Both the position numbers and the translations under genes were made by a program. Source: Eledone cirrhosa (Eukaryota). Taken from it: 64,000 nt of DNA. The notes below the pieces were generated by a model, which made no database searches, was not told the origin of the DNA, and saw only the letters and a list, made by a program, of their open reading frames with translations. Each line of letters starts with the position of its first letter. Positions within the stretch are counted from its first letter, which is position 1. The stretch spans positions 25,544,001-25,608,000 of the forward strand of contig OZ024742.1 in NCBI GenBank assembly GCA_964016885.1. Direction: 5' to 3'. This document shows positions 60,375 through 64,000 of the stretch, piece by piece.

Positions 60375-60897
60375 CTATACGGCAATATTAGGCCTGGTAT
60401 TGTATATTCTATTTGGTCTGAGTGGTCGATCGATGAACATCATCATAATATTCGAATTTTATCTTTGAACCCAATATTGAATATTTTGGGTAAATTACGT
60501 ATAAACATACCTTTGTTATTTTATAAATATACCACAACTAGTATATTCATGTTTTTAACTTAGCTAAATGTATAAATATATATAGTTATACATACACAGT
60601 CAGAACACACCAATGCATATACGTATATGTCTATGTACACACACACACGCATACACACGCACACACACACATGTATATATATACATATAAGTATATATGC
60701 ATATAAACTTACAGGCATAGTTAAACACATACATAAATACATGCATGCTCACATAGATTCACGTCTACATACATTCACACCTATATACATATACATACAT
60801 ACATGCACACATTTATTGCTATACGCATATATGCATATTACATAACACATTCGCACATATGCACACATAGGTACATATACATAACATACACACATAA

Positions 60898-60946
<49 letters not shown>

Positions 60947-61060
60947 TAATTTAATATATCTACTAACATAAGCGCACAGATGTACGCTAATGCCAGCAAA
61001 TACACAGGTTATGTCATAGTACCTAGGTGGTTCAATGCAGGAGAATGCAGAACAATAATA

Positions 61061-61538
61061 TAAAAGACGTAAAATAAGAAAATTTCTTAAAAAAAAAAAA
61101 ATTAACTTACTTACTTAAATTTTCACTCCAACTAATTAGTTTCTGCAATGGGATAAAGACAGTTACGTAATGAACTGTTGAGAATTTCATTGCGTCATCA
61201 GGGAGGTCATTCTCAGCCGAGTCTCCAGGCGATGCGCGGACACTGGGGACTCATATAAAAATAATAATAATTCGGCAACTGGAACAGCTATCGAGGACTG
61301 GATTCCAGCCACTGAAAATTCTCACTGCCACTGATCATATGGCCGATTCTAAAGAATCAATCACGTGACACAGAGGCTAGTCAGTAGAATGGGACGGTAA
61401 GATGACAGACGCCTACTAACACCCCCCAAAAATTTAGAAGTGGTTTTTGCAGAAACTAATTAGTTGGAGTGAAAATTTAAGTAAGTTAATTTAAAAAAAA
61501 AAATTTTTTTTAAAGAAATATTCTTATTTTACGTCTTA
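61061..61538. mobile_element. Fold-back element with ~88-bp inverted arms and two different outward-facing HHR motifs
   Basis: 61061-61148 resembles the reverse complement of 61447-61538. Confidence 0.8.
61126..61205 (-). ncRNA. Type I hammerhead ribozyme
   Basis: Minus: CTCC-CTGATGA-c gcaatg...acagtt..aactgt...cattgc a-GAAA-CTAATTAG-TT-GGAG. Confidence 0.8.
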
Positions 61539-61579
61539 TATATATATATATATATGTATATGTATATATATATATTTAC

Positions 61580-61611
<32 letters not shown>

Positions 61612-61612
61612 T

Positions 61613-61652
<40 letters not shown>

Positions 61653-61663
61653 CATATGTATAT

Positions 61664-61743
<80 letters not shown>

Positions 61744-62006
61744 TTCACAAACTCCCGTAGGAGAGAAACAGATTTATATTTGTAGCATTCCATATTTTTT
61801 CAAGACATTGCAATTTACTTATTTACTCCCGTTATAATTATCATATAGATATTTACATAGCTCGAGGTTTTCGTTATTCTAAGAAAACCTCTCTTTATAT
61901 ATATGTGTGTGGGTGTGGGTGTGTACATGTATGTATATATGTATATATATGTATCTATACAAGTATGTATGTATATATATGTTTGTATATATATATATAT
62001 ATACAT

Positions 62007-62199
62007 ATAGGAACCAGTAAGACCCCGACAGCTGAGCTCAAGCCGCCTCGACGGCTAATTCAGGTCCAGAATTAGCCGTCGAAACGGCTTGAGCTCTGCC
62101 GTCTGGGTCTTACTGGTTCCTATTACCCACTCTACTACCTCAAGTATTGAGTACTTTGGTGCGTTATGGTCCACCTGGTTCCTTACCACATTTCCTTCG

Positions 62200-62202
<3 letters not shown>
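62007..62202 (+). mobile_element. Hairpin+tail mini-element, family C (117-bp hairpin)
   Basis: ataggaaccagtaagacc...gacggctaattc aggtcca gaattagccgtc...ggtcttactggttcctat, then tail 62124-62201. Confidence 0.85.
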
Positions 62203-62238
<36 letters not shown>

Positions 62239-62657
62239 TATATGTATATATGGTGGCTGCCAACTCGTTTTCGAGTACGGCCACTACTTTATATCCATGT
62301 AGGAGAACCCCTACCGATGCGCCAACGAGTGTGACTTTTTAGTCCAGCCAGCGACTTGAAAACTCTGGTACAAACACTACACTTGTGACAATTTTTCACA
62401 CATAGTGCTGTGCCCATGGTACCATGTGACGACAAGTGCAAAGAGATCTCCAGATATAAAGCAATGCCTGTGCCGTGAAGCTTTTATAGTGAGCAAAGGC
62501 ACTGCACAAAGCCAGTCCCACTCTCTTAACCAAGATGATATTTACCAAAAAGAAGAACAAGTCAACATCATTGGATACCATCAGGGTTGCAGGTGTTATA
62601 TCAGTTTTCCTTTTCCTAGAATTCTGCCTTGACAAAGGCTAAGGGGTCATCTCTCCC

Positions 62658-62696
<39 letters not shown>

Positions 62697-62775
62697 CGCA
62701 CATATTGCATTTCTTATAAATATATACGCACGAATACTCATACATACACGCACACACACACACACACACACACGA

Positions 62776-62814
<39 letters not shown>

Positions 62815-63031
62815 GATACGTGTAAGATTATGTGAGGATATACGTGCATCTATAATGCAAATAACATTATATAGCATATTAATGTAACATATATGGCAAT
62901 GCCATCCAGCCACCCGGACAGTTTTGCTTACCTTCACAAAATATCTATATATCTATATATATATATATATTATATAAATATATATATATATATATATACA
63001 CATGATTAGATATATGTATAAGTATAAACAC

Positions 63032-63213
63032 AATATTTGTTTCTAGTTTAGGCACAAGGCCAGCAATTATCCAGTGCATTACTGGTACTGTATTTTATCG
63101 ACCCCGTAAGGATGAAAGGCAAAGTCAACCTCGGCGGGATTTGAACTCAGATCGTAAAGGGACGTAACTATGCTGGAAAGCATGGCGTCCGAACATCTAC
63201 CGATACTGCCAAT
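63032..63213 (-). mobile_element. SINE copy
   Basis: Reverse complement of the family consensus. Confidence 0.9.
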
Positions 63214-63481
63214 CCACACATGCATATATGTGCGTACAACTGCATATTTATCTCTTCGCTATGTGTATAAATTTATATATATATATACACATACATAGTG
63301 ATATATTTATACGCTTCATATACTTGTTTGTATAACTAGGATTGTTCCAGTCACTTCCAATCCTCTAATTCATGTTACATTGTTAAAATTCCAGTGAAAC
63401 TCAACAAAAACTAACACTCTTTACTTTCTTTCAACTATTTTTCTTTTAATTATTCGTCTAATATATATATATATATATTGA

Positions 63482-63553
<72 letters not shown>

Positions 63554-63642
63554 TAATTATTTAACTAACACCGACAGAAAGACACATGTACACAAAAACA
63601 TACATTCACACACACATACACACACAACGCACGCACACACAC

Positions 63643-63859
<217 letters not shown>

Positions 63860-64000
63860 TGTTTGTTTCAATATCTCAATTACTTTTAATATTTAATCAA
63901 AAGCAACTTCGATTATGATCTCCTCTACTGGATTAATATCACATCATTGACATTTGTGTTTCGATTTTTCTTTAAATATTCTGAGCCTAACTTCTATTTC

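Overview
Eukaryotic (animal) non-genic, repeat-saturated DNA. The dominant SINE resembles what I recall of Octopus SINEs, so a cephalopod source is an inference, not a database result. No host protein-coding gene is supportable. The window holds multi-kb imperfect (TA)n arrays, three Penelope-like retroelements (PLEs; RT + C-terminal GIY-YIG), LINE copies (CR1-like, two RTE-like, one L1/Tx1-like, two R4/Dong-like), Helitron remnants and about 15 tRNA-derived SINE copies. The main hidden signal is at least 15 type I hammerhead ribozyme (HHR) motifs that I could fold by eye, nearly all in short modules embedded in (TA)n tracts. They occur in three architectures: (i) PLEs with an inverted terminal copy, giving outward-facing HHR pairs; (ii) non-coding fold-back 'hairpin + tail' mini-elements, down to about 115 bp; (iii) direct-repeat-bounded 316-434 bp monomers with one HHR, resembling retrozymes/circRNA templates. 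Together they look like a (TA)n-targeting PLE plus ribozyme-satellite system. All folds were read manually; none were computed or tested.
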